The notes under the pieces were generated by a model, which was not told the DNA's origin, did no database searches, and saw only the letters and a program-made list of their open reading frames with translations. Below, one piece after another: positions 1-8,319 of a stretch of 31,356 nt of DNA (positions within the stretch are counted from its first letter, which is position 1; every line of letters starts with the position of its first letter). The stretch is from Saprospirales bacterium (lineage in GTDB: Bacteria > Bacteroidota > Bacteroidia > Chitinophagales > Saprospiraceae), in NCBI GenBank assembly GCA_031414895.1, contig JANOQP010001022.1:1-31356 (forward strand), read 5' to 3'. The translations under genes were made by a program, and so were the position numbers.

Positions 1-3000
1 ATATTGGTCGGTCAAAACGTCGAAGTCATCGACCTCATCGGGGAGTTCCGGGCGGCAACGAACTTTTTTTCTCAAAAAATAAAACCCGGCGAGGCTGCCG
101 CGCTGCCATTTGAAAACCTCTTTGCCGAGATTTTTCACCGCTATCATTTATTGAACAAAAAGGGCGACGGACTGCTCGTGCTGCTCGTCGATGAATTTGG
201 AAAACTGCTCGAATGGGCGGCAAGGCACAGCCCCGAACAGGAGCTTTATTTTCTCCAGCAACTCGCCGAATTCATCGGCAACCCTGCCCACCGCATCCTG
301 CTCGTCACCGCGCTGCACCAAAATTTTGAGGCATACGCGAACGCACTCAATCAGCCGCAGCGACAGGAATGGGCGAAAGTAAAAGGCCGTTTTCGGGAAA
401 TCCCGTTCAACGAACCGGTCGAGCAACTGCTCTTTTTGGCCGCCGAAAGTTTGGCGCAAAAGCCGCTTTGGGAGGTTCAGCTTTCAAAAGAAGCAGCCAA
501 GGTTTTCGCTGAAAAATGCAGAGCGTCCGCGAAGCTATTTGCCGAAAGCGGTGCTTTCCCCACCAAAGAACCAAGCGAACTTGCCGAAAAACTGTTCCCG
601 CTCGACCTCTTTTCGGCCTCTTGCCTGACCCTCGCATTGCAGAAATACGGGCAAAACGAGCGGTCGCTTTTTTCCTTTTTGGAGGGCGAAGACAACACCG
701 GCATCCGCCAATTTGACCGCCGCGACAACCTTTTTTTCAACCTCGCCAATGTCCACGACTATCTAGCCTTCAATTTTGGCGCATGGCTTTCTTCGCCGCA
801 AAACACCGACCGCTTGACCTGGGCCGCTATCCGAAGCTCGCTCGAACGCATCGAAAACGAAATTGCCCCCGAACAACAGGCCGACTGCCGGAAGCTCGTC
901 AAAACAGTCGGAATGCTACAACTTTTCGCGGCGGGTGGCTCAAAATTGGGGGTCGATTTTTTGCTGGAATACGATGAACTATGTTTATCAGTTGATAAAG
1001 CGGGCCAAGCCATTGCCCTGCTCGAACGCTACAAAATCTTCCTTTTCAGGAAATACGCCAACCGTTTCGTACTTTTTGAGGGTACCGACGTGGACATCGA
1101 CCGCGAGCTTTTGACCGCAGCTGACCGGGTCGAGGACATCAGCGATATGGCGACGCTGCTCAACCGGAGCTTTCATTTTGAGCCGGTTTTTACGAAAGAA
1201 CATTTTTTCAAAACCGGTACGCCGCGCGTTTTTGATTTCAAAATCGCATCGCTTCCGCAAAAACCGCTCGTCCCGACGGGCGATATCGACGGCTTTGTAC
1301 AGCTCCTTTTCAATGACCAATTGACCGAAAAGGCAGTCGCCGAAGTTTCTTTGGAACAAAAAGAGGCCGTTTTGTACGGCTTTTTCAAAAACTCAAAAGT
1401 CATCCGGCAGCAGCTTTTTGAAATAGAACGGACAAAAAAAGCCATCGAGCATGTACCGTCAGAGGACAAAGTGGCGCGGCGCGAACTGTCCAGCATCCAA
1501 AAACACCACGAAAATTTGCTCGCCCATTTCATCTACGGCAACCTGTTTGAGCCAAAAAGCGAGGTCGTCTGGTTTTTTCAGGGCCGACGGATTCAGCTCG
1601 AAAGCCATCGGGCGTTCAATGCGCTGCTCTCCGAAATCTGCCGCGCCATCTATCCCGACGCGCCCGTTTTCAAGAACGAACTGGTCAACCGGACGAAGCT
1701 TTCTTCTCAAATCCACACGGCGCGGCGGGCTTTTTTAAAGAACATGGTTGGCGCATGGTTGTCGCCCGAAATGGGTTTCGAGGGCGAAAAATTCCCACCC
1801 GAAAAGACGATTTATTTGTCGCTTTTGAAAGAAAACGGCCTTCGGCCTGACCCTCAAAATTTGGCGGCCTTGCCAAAAATTACTGCCGAAAGCTCGTTCC
1901 GACCGCTCTGGGATTTTTGCGGAAACTTTTTGGCGGAATCAAAAACGGGCCGCCGCCGCCTCTCGGAACTGACCGACGCGCTCGCCCGGCGACCGTTCAA
2001 ACTCAAACAGGGGCTGATTGATTTTTGGCTTCCGACCTTTCTTTTTTTGAAAAAAGACGAGTTTGCGCTGTTCGGCACGGCGGGATACATCCCTACAATC
2101 TCGGACGATTCGCTCGAACTGGTCATCAAAACCCCATCTGATTTTGAGGTTAAAGCCTTCGACATCGCAGGCATCCGGTTAGAAGTTTTTCAGGCATATC
2201 GCCGTTTTTTGAGCCAAAGCGAGGCGGAAAGGCCGGGCAACGAGACTTTCATCGAGACCATCAAGCCATTTTTGAGCTTTTATCGCGGCCTGCCCGACTA
2301 CGCACGGAACACCAAACGGCTGCAAAAAGAAAGCCTCGCCGTCCGCGAGGCAATCGCCAAATCGAAGGACCCGGAAAAGACTTTTTTTGAGGACCTGCCC
2401 GCCGCGCTCGGCTGTTCACTCGCCGACCTGAAAAGGTCGCCCGAAGCGGTCGAGGCTTTTTCGGAGCGTTTGCAAGAGGCCGTGCGGGAGATTCGGGCGT
2501 GCTTTGGGGCTTTGGTCGGGCGGTTTGAAGCGTTCGTTCAAGAGGCTGTTTTTTATGAAAACCTCACTTTTGTAGAATGCCAAAACCGGTTCCGCGAACG
2601 GTTTGGCGGCATCCCGCAACACCGGCTCTTGCCACATCACAAAACACTTTTGCAGCGCGTATTTTCGGAGCTTGACGACCGCGAGGCATGGTTCGGCTCG
2701 GTCGCGCAAGCGGTCGCGGGCAAGCCGTTGCACCAATTCCGGGACGACGACGAGCCGCTGCTTTTTGACCGATTGAAACAATGGGTGATGGAACTCGACA
2801 ACCTCGCGCTGCTGGCCAATTCAGGTGCGAACGAAGAAAAAGAGGAAGTTTTTGGTCTCGAAATCACATCCTTCGAGGACATCGAGAAAAAAATAGTTCG
2901 GTTCCCAAAGAAGAAAAAAGCGGAAATTGGCCGCATCGAAAACCAATTGCGCAAACATTTGGTCGACGACAAAACGCTGAACATTGCGGCATTGGCGGGC

Positions 3001-3027
3001 GTTTTGAAAGAGCTTTTGAAAAAATAA
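1..3027 (+). CDS. sspC: SspC/BrxC-like large ATP-binding protein of an Ssp-type phosphorothioation system (5' end outside window)
   Basis: Frame is open from base 1 to TAA at 3025-3027. Walker B-like LVLLVDEFGKLLEWAA, followed by LHQNFEAY, WAKVKGRF and ALQKYGQNERSLFSFL, blocks I recognise from the ATPase that precedes PAPS-reductase genes in Ssp/BREX-4 loci. Walker A is not in the window. A PAPS-reductase gene lies about 950 bp downstream on the same strand. Confidence 0.72.
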   Translation: MLVGQNVEVIDLIGEFRAATNFFSQKIKPGEAAALPFENLFAEIFHRYHLLNKKGDGLLVLLVDEFGKLLEWAARHSPEQELYFLQQLAEFIGNPAHRILLVTALHQNFEAYANALNQPQRQEWAKVKGRFREIPFNEPVEQLLFLAAESLAQKPLWEVQLSKEAAKVFAEKCRASAKLFAESGAFPTKEPSELAEKLFPLDLFSASCLTLALQKYGQNERSLFSFLEGEDNTGIRQFDRRDNLFFNLANVHDYLAFNFGAWLSSPQNTDRLTWAAIRSSLERIENEIAPEQQADCRKLVKTVGMLQLFAAGGSKLGVDFLLEYDELCLSVDKAGQAIALLERYKIFLFRKYANRFVLFEGTDVDIDRELLTAADRVEDISDMATLLNRSFHFEPVFTKEHFFKTGTPRVFDFKIASLPQKPLVPTGDIDGFVQLLFNDQLTEKAVAEVSLEQKEAVLYGFFKNSKVIRQQLFEIERTKKAIEHVPSEDKVARRELSSIQKHHENLLAHFIYGNLFEPKSEVVWFFQGRRIQLESHRAFNALLSEICRAIYPDAPVFKNELVNRTKLSSQIHTARRAFLKNMVGAWLSPEMGFEGEKFPPEKTIYLSLLKENGLRPDPQNLAALPKITAESSFRPLWDFCGNFLAESKTGRRRLSELTDALARRPFKLKQGLIDFWLPTFLFLKKDEFALFGTAGYIPTISDDSLELVIKTPSDFEVKAFDIAGIRLEVFQAYRRFLSQSEAERPGNETFIETIKPFLSFYRGLPDYARNTKRLQKESLAVREAIAKSKDPEKTFFEDLPAALGCSLADLKRSPEAVEAFSERLQEAVREIRACFGALVGRFEAFVQEAVFYENLTFVECQNRFRERFGGIPQHRLLPHHKTLLQRVFSELDDREAWFGSVAQAVAGKPLHQFRDDDEPLLFDRLKQWVMELDNLALLANSGANEEKEEVFGLEITSFEDIEKKIVRFPKKKKAEIGRIENQLRKHLVDDKTLNIAALAGVLKELLKK

Positions 3028-3061
3028 AGGCACTACCTTTGACAAAAAAACAGCAAAAAGT

Positions 3062-3640
3062 ATGACCACGATATTCAACGCGCCGCTCCGTTCGATTGAC
3101 GACCGTAAAATCCGGCAGTTGCGCACCCGCTATCCGGAAGCCCGGCTTCGGCTCGAAATCGAGCAAATCGAGCCGTTGGGCGAGGCCGAATTTTGGTCGG
3201 TCGTCGGGCAGTTGGACTGGGGCCGGAAAGGCAACGAGGACATCGCCGCGCCCGCAATTGCGGCATTGGCCCAGTTTTCCGAAACAGATATCGAGCGGTT
3301 CGACGACCTGTTGGCGGCCAAACTTTTTGCGCTTGACGGCGAACGATTTGCCGCGGGGCTGTTGAAAAATGGAGGTTTTTCGACTGATGTCTTTTTGTAT
3401 GCGCGGTGCTGTGCGGTGGCAAATGGCCCGGATTTTTATGCTAAAACATTGAACGACCCGTCGTTTTTCCCTGTCGGCAGGACTTTTGAACCGCTTCTTT
3501 ATGTCGCCGAAAAGGCGCACCGGCTGAAAACGGGGCGCGACGATTACGACCATTTGACGGCCATCCACTACGAGACATTCAGCAACCAAGCCGGTTGGCC
3601 CGGTCGGTCTTCGTTGCAGGAGCTGCTTGAAGGCGCGTGA
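3062..3640 (+). CDS. DUF4240 domain protein with a short N-terminal extension (possible antitoxin/immunity protein)
   Basis: 192 aa. EAEFWSVV...IERFDDLL...FSTDVFLYARCCAVANGPDFY...FEPLLYVAEKA...YETFSNQAGW matches the DUF4240 pattern as I recall it. Confidence 0.7.
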   Translation: MTTIFNAPLRSIDDRKIRQLRTRYPEARLRLEIEQIEPLGEAEFWSVVGQLDWGRKGNEDIAAPAIAALAQFSETDIERFDDLLAAKLFALDGERFAAGLLKNGGFSTDVFLYARCCAVANGPDFYAKTLNDPSFFPVGRTFEPLLYVAEKAHRLKTGRDDYDHLTAIHYETFSNQAGWPGRSSLQELLEGA

Positions 3641-3642
3641 AA

Positions 3643-3969
3643 ATGAGGCAGCACGGCAATTCCCACGACAATCTGGAGCCGCACCATTTGTACGAAATAC
3701 ACGACGGCGAGCGGGGCGACGTGTACAAATTTGGTATCAGCGGCGAACCGCTTTTCGCGGACGGCTCTTCGCCGCGGGCCAACCGGCAGACACGCGCGTT
3801 CAACCGGCTCGTGGGCGGGCTGCGTTTTTTTGCGAACGTGCTTTTGACCGGCATCGCAGGCCGAAAACTGGCCGAAGAACTGGAAGAAAAGGCCGCCTGC
3901 GATTACGAAACCGAACATGGAAACCGGCCGAGGGGCAACCCGCCCAAATCGGCTATGCCACCTCAATAA
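3643..3969 (+). CDS. Small stand-alone URI/GIY-YIG-fold nuclease (Tox-URI2-like)
   Basis: 108 aa from ATG 3643 (alternative GTG 3637 overlaps the DUF4240 stop). HGNS...HHLYEI...VYKFGIS...R...Q...E..E...HGNRPRGN fits the two-tyrosine, Arg, Glu and terminal Asn layout of URI-fold nucleases. Confidence 0.6.
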   Translation: MRQHGNSHDNLEPHHLYEIHDGERGDVYKFGISGEPLFADGSSPRANRQTRAFNRLVGGLRFFANVLLTGIAGRKLAEELEEKAACDYETEHGNRPRGNPPKSAMPPQ

Positions 3970-3979
3970 TGCATTTTTT

Positions 3980-5089
3980 ATGAAAATCAGGCACGTTCTG
4001 GGCATTTCCGGCGGCAAGGACAGCGCGGCACTTGCCATTTATTTGAAGCAAAAATATCCGTCGCTCGACCTCGAATATTATACCTGCGACACGGGGAAGG
4101 AGTTGGACGAGACGTATCGGTTGATTGAGCGGTTAGAGGGCTTTTTGGACAAAAAAATTATTGCGCTCAAAGCTGCACCCAATAGCCACGAAGCACCGTT
4201 CGACCACTTTTTAAATAAAAAAGGAGGTTATTTGCCTTCATCAATGATTCGATGGTGTACAAAGGCTTTGAAGTTAGAGCCCTTTGAACAATGGGTCGGT
4301 AATTCGCCTGTTGTTTCCTATGTCGGTATTCGCGGCGATGAAGACCGGGAAGGCTACATTTCAACGAAACCGAACATCCAATCCATTTTCCCTTTTCGGA
4401 GGAATATTTGGAGCGAGGATGTCATCGCCAAAGTGCTTGCAAACGAGGCTCGCGAACAAATGTTGGACTTGACGGGCGGCGGCATCCTTGAAAAAACGAC
4501 CGCCCGATTTCTGGAAATTTTAGGCCGACCTGTTGCACTGGATTTTATGCGTGCGCAAAAATTGGATATGCTGCTCGACCTGAACACCAAGGGTTTCAAT
4601 CGTCTGGTTTTTGCCTTTTTAAAAAATACGGCATATCCGCTCGCCCACGAAACGGCTTTTCCTTTGATTGAAAACGACGGGTCTATGGGCATTGAGGACA
4701 TTTTCAAACTGCTGCGCGAAAGCGGAATCGGCGTGCCAGCCTATTACGAAAAGTTGCCGCTCGAGGCAAACGGGCAAAAAGGGCATTATTCGAGAAGCCG
4801 GTCGGGCTGTTATTTCTGTTTTTTTCAACAACGGATTGAATGGGTCTGGCTCTACGAACAACATCCAGCCCTGTTCAAAAAGGCAATGGAGTATGAAAAG
4901 GACGGATATGCATGGAGTCCCAAAGAGAGCCTTGTCGAACTGATCCGCCCGGAGCGGATTGCCCAAATCAAGCTGGAATATTTGGAGAAAGAGGCGGGCC
5001 GGGCCATTGTCAAAACAAAGAATTCACCTTATTTGATTGATAGAATTCAAGAGGAAGAGGAAGAGGGGTGTTTGGCCTGTTTCATGTAA
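3980..5089 (+). CDS. sspD: SspD/BrxP-like phosphoadenosine phosphosulfate (PAPS) reductase family protein
   Basis: 369 aa from ATG 3980. PP-loop LGISGGKDSAAL, YYTCDTGKE, RWCTKALKLEPF, YVGIRGDE, RSRSGCYFCFFQ and a C-terminal CLAC cysteine cluster. Same strand and operon as the sspC-like gene. Confidence 0.8.
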   Translation: MKIRHVLGISGGKDSAALAIYLKQKYPSLDLEYYTCDTGKELDETYRLIERLEGFLDKKIIALKAAPNSHEAPFDHFLNKKGGYLPSSMIRWCTKALKLEPFEQWVGNSPVVSYVGIRGDEDREGYISTKPNIQSIFPFRRNIWSEDVIAKVLANEAREQMLDLTGGGILEKTTARFLEILGRPVALDFMRAQKLDMLLDLNTKGFNRLVFAFLKNTAYPLAHETAFPLIENDGSMGIEDIFKLLRESGIGVPAYYEKLPLEANGQKGHYSRSRSGCYFCFFQQRIEWVWLYEQHPALFKKAMEYEKDGYAWSPKESLVELIRPERIAQIKLEYLEKEAGRAIVKTKNSPYLIDRIQEEEEEGCLACFM

Positions 5090-5101
5090 AAATTGCCAAT
5101 T

Positions 5102-5600
5102 ATGGAATCAAATCGGAACGCGCTGGTTCAACAAATAGAGTCGCTCAACCGGGAATTGGATGAAGTCGATAAGGACAAAATCCGGTTTTCGATTGATGCT
5201 GGTCTGATTGACCGGCTTGGCCGCGAATTGGTCGGTAAACAGGAAACCGCCGTTTCGGAGCTTGTCAAAAACGCATACGATGCCGACGCGACCGAGGTGA
5301 TTATCACGTTTTCCAACTCGGATACGAAAGGCGGTACGCTCACCATCGATGACAACGGGCGTGGGATGGACATGGATTCGCTGCGAAACGGTTTCATGCG
5401 GATTTCTTCCACCGATAAAGTACACAGCCCCGTTTCACCAAAATTCAACCGGAAACGGGCGGGCCGAAAAGGGATTGGCCGATTCGCAACCCATCGACTG
5501 GGGGAAAAACTGACCATCACGACGCAGACAAAAGAAGGGGACAAGGCCCTTCAACTCACGATAAACTGGGAAGACTACGCGATTGACCGTGAGCTCGAGT
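5102..5600 (+). pseudogene. N-terminal fragment of a GHKL (HATPase_c_3/MORC-like) ATPase
   Basis: ELVKNAYDADA (N box), IDDNGRGM (G1) and AGRKGIGRFA (G2) are present. Similarity ends at about INWEDYAIDRELE (~165 aa), then the frame reads through unrelated sequence. The end coordinate is approximate. Confidence 0.7.
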
Positions 5601-5656
5601 GGATTCAGCTTTTGCCCAAAATCTTTTTGACTGGAAACAATGTTAAAAGCAAGGCC

Positions 5657-6558
5657 ATGCACTTCACCACCCAACCCATCCTCCGCGACTTTGACCACTT
5701 CCTCGACCTCCTCGGCCAATCCGAAAACCTCGAACTGACCCGCGACCGCGACCACCTGCGCCAAGCTGACCTCCAAAAACTCAACGAGTCGCTTGAATTT
5801 CCGGCCCGCCTATTTGGCGTGAAAAGTCAACAACCTTCCTTCGCGGTCATCAATGCCTTCTATTATATCGCCCGCGCCGCCCAGTTTTTATCGGTTAGAA
5901 AAAGCATGGGGGCAAAGCAATTGCCCGCCATCGCACTCAACAAGGACCGCATCCGCCAATACGATGCGCTGACCGCCGATGAAAAATACTTCTTCCTCCT
6001 CGAAAGCCTTTGGTGCTTCATGGACTGGGACGTAGCGTTCGACGTGCGGAGTTTTTGGGACCAAAAATTTTACCTTGAACTCGCCGCGCACCCTGTCGGC
6101 AAGATGGTTGCCGTCGCCGACCGGGACCTGAAACGCGCCGGGAAAATAAATGCCCCATCGCAAACCGCTTTTGCCGAAATATTCCAATCGTTCGGTTTCC
6201 TCGATTTGGTTTGGGATGAAAAACTGGAAAAAAAGCCAACCCGGTACCAGTTCCCATACCATTCGGCGGCGATTACCGCGGTTGGGAAAATATGGACGGG
6301 ACAAAGCATTCCATCAGCGGTGAAAAATACTTTGATACACGCTTTGAGGAACACGATGGCGGCCTGCCCGCCCATATCTTCCGGCTCGGCGAGTTGGGAC
6401 TGCACGTCGGCAAGGAGTTCCTGTACCTGTTCGATTTTGGGGCGGGCTGGGAGTTCACCCTACTGGTTTTGGAAATCGAGCCGGGCGCGGCGATGGGCAA
6501 AAAATTCAAGTTGCTTCGGTCTGTTGGGAAGGCGCCGAGGCAGTATGAAGATTGGTGA
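5657..6558 (+). pseudogene. pRiA4b ORF-3-like protein with internal deletion/frameshift
   Basis: Own ATG at 5657 (MHFTTQPILRDF...). The C-terminal module MDGTKHS...RLGELGLHVGKEFLYLFDFGAGWEF...GKAPRQYEDW (6292-6558) is in a different frame and matches the pRiA4b ORF-3 C-terminal motif LYLFDFGxxW...P.QY. The first half of that domain is absent. Confidence 0.6.
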
Positions 6559-6603
6559 TTGAGCGTAGAACGTGTATCATTCATTGGCCGAGCTAAATTT
6601 ATC

Positions 6604-6638
6604 CATGTAAATCCACCATCTAAAAATGGATTTACATG
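6604..6638. promoter_or_regulatory. Perfect 12-bp inverted repeat upstream of the AAA-DUF4143 gene (operator or hairpin)
   Basis: CATGTAAATCCA (6604-6615), an 11-bp spacer, then TGGATTTACATG (6627-6638), ending 21 bp before ATG 6660. Confidence 0.5.
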
Positions 6639-6659
6639 ATTGAAGCCTAATTTCGCGGC

Positions 6660-7820
6660 ATGATAGACCGCTCCGCCGCCGACCAAATCCTAAATAACCT
6701 CACCGTCTTCCCTGCCGCCAACATCATCGGCCCTCGGCAGGTGGGCAAGACGACGCTGGCAAAATGGCTCCAGACCCGATTGCCTAAACCGTCCATTTAC
6801 CTCGATTTGCAGGACGAGCAGGATTTTGACCGGCTCGCCTCTCCGACACTTTTCCTTCGGGAACAGGAAGGCAAATGCGTTATCATAGACGAGACGCAAC
6901 GGATGCCCGCGCTTTACGGCCATTTGCGGTCGCTCATCGATGTTCGGCGCGACCCGGCGCGGTTCATTTTGCTCGGTTCGGCATCGCCATCCATTATCAA
7001 GGGGGTCTCGGAATCACTCGCGGGCCGCGTTTTTTTTACCGAATTGATGCCCTTTTCGCTCCTCGAAGTTCAATCGATGTCAACTTGGCAGACCCATTGG
7101 CTGCGCGGCGGCTTTCCGGGCGCACTCATGATGCCCGATGACAGCTTTGCGGGGGAATGGTTCGATTCGTTCATCCGGACCTTCGTGGAGCGTGACCTGC
7201 GGGAACTCGGCTATAACCTCCCTGCCCCGATGTTTTCAAGGTTGTTGCGGATGGTCGCGCACCTGAACGGCCAATTGCTCAACGTTGCGGGTCTATCCAA
7301 CTCGCTCGACAGCAGCGCAAGCTCGATTTCCCGTTACCTCGATTTGCTGGAAGGCGGTTTTTTGATAAACAGGCTACTGCCCTACTTTGTCAATCTGGGC
7401 AAGCGATTGGTCAAAGCACCCAAGATCTATGTCCGCGACAGCGGCATCCTGCACCGTCTCCTTCGTATCCAAAACTACGATGAACTGTCGGGCCACCCCG
7501 CCATCGGCTCATCGTGGGAGGGCTATGTCATCGAGCAAATCATGCGGGTGACGCACCGAAAATGGGAATACTATTTCTACCGGACACAACAGGGCGCGGA
7601 AGTTGACCTCGTCCTTATCAACCCCTCGGGCAAGCTATTTTGTATAGAAATCAAGTTTTCCGCCGCCCCTGTTTTGAGTCGCGGTTTTCATCAAAGCATC
7701 GAAGATTTGGCCCCTGCCGCAAGTTTCGTGATTGTCCCAACGGGCGAATCGTACCCAAAAGAACGGGGTATCAGGGTCATTGCTCTGCTCGATTTTTTAC
7801 AAAACGAATTGGGCGATTGA
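6660..7820 (+). CDS. AAA_14 ATPase with C-terminal DUF4143 (PD-(D/E)xK-like) domain
   Basis: 386 aa. Walker A IIGPRQVGKTT, Walker B VIIDETQ, FILLGSAS, ESLAGR, RGGFPG, KRLVKAPKIYVRDSG and EVDLVL...IEIKFS. Confidence 0.88.
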   Translation: MIDRSAADQILNNLTVFPAANIIGPRQVGKTTLAKWLQTRLPKPSIYLDLQDEQDFDRLASPTLFLREQEGKCVIIDETQRMPALYGHLRSLIDVRRDPARFILLGSASPSIIKGVSESLAGRVFFTELMPFSLLEVQSMSTWQTHWLRGGFPGALMMPDDSFAGEWFDSFIRTFVERDLRELGYNLPAPMFSRLLRMVAHLNGQLLNVAGLSNSLDSSASSISRYLDLLEGGFLINRLLPYFVNLGKRLVKAPKIYVRDSGILHRLLRIQNYDELSGHPAIGSSWEGYVIEQIMRVTHRKWEYYFYRTQQGAEVDLVLINPSGKLFCIEIKFSAAPVLSRGFHQSIEDLAPAASFVIVPTGESYPKERGIRVIALLDFLQNELGD

Positions 7821-7826
7821 TCAAAG

Positions 7827-8309
7827 TCACTGCTCCCCCACCAGCTCCAAAACCCAAAATTCCCCTTCAAAAAACATAGGCTCGGCTCGAATCTTTGAGT
7901 CGATAATATCAAAACCGCCGTGCGCGTATTCTTCCAAAAGCCTTTTCAAACTGGTCAGTTCTTTTTCCGCATCGCTGTCTTCGAGGTCTTCGAGCAGGTT
8001 CAGGTCGACGCCTTTGTCGCGGGCGAGCAGGGACATAAGTATGAATTGGCGCAGTTCCGGCGGCTGCCACGCGTTGATTTCAATAAAACCTTTGGTCTCC
8101 AAGCCTTCGACCGGTAGCCGGTAATCGCGCAGCAGGCCAAGCATCGCGGCGTACATGTAAAGCTCATATACATTGGAAAAAACCTTGCCCGTCCGGTTTT
8201 TCAGTTCGTCATCGCCACCACCGACGAGCGCGAACCGGTCGATGATGCCCTCCCGGTATTTCACTGGATATTCTGGCTTTCGGGTCTCGAAGCGTTTGAT
8301 GAAGTCCAT
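7827..8309 (-). CDS. DndE-like / dnd-associated protein 4-like small protein (PbeD-like)
   Basis: 160 aa from ATG 8309. FSNVYELYMYAAMLGL...FILMSLLA...LLEEYAHGGFDII matches the phosphorothioation-associated small protein pattern. It starts 10 bp after the SMC gene stop. Confidence 0.55.
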   Translation of the reverse strand: MDFIKRFETRKPEYPVKYREGIIDRFALVGGGDDELKNRTGKVFSNVYELYMYAAMLGLLRDYRLPVEGLETKGFIEINAWQPPELRQFILMSLLARDKGVDLNLLEDLEDSDAEKELTSLKRLLEEYAHGGFDIIDSKIRAEPMFFEGEFWVLELVGEQ

Positions 8310-8319
8310 AAAAAGGGGG

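Noticed and set aside
5093-6562. 489-aa ORF as one real protein (sensor kinase)
   Set aside because: It is composed of a GHKL fragment, read-through DNA, a second gene with its own ATG, and a Ser/Cys-rich out-of-frame tail after about 6290. No HisKA domain is visible.
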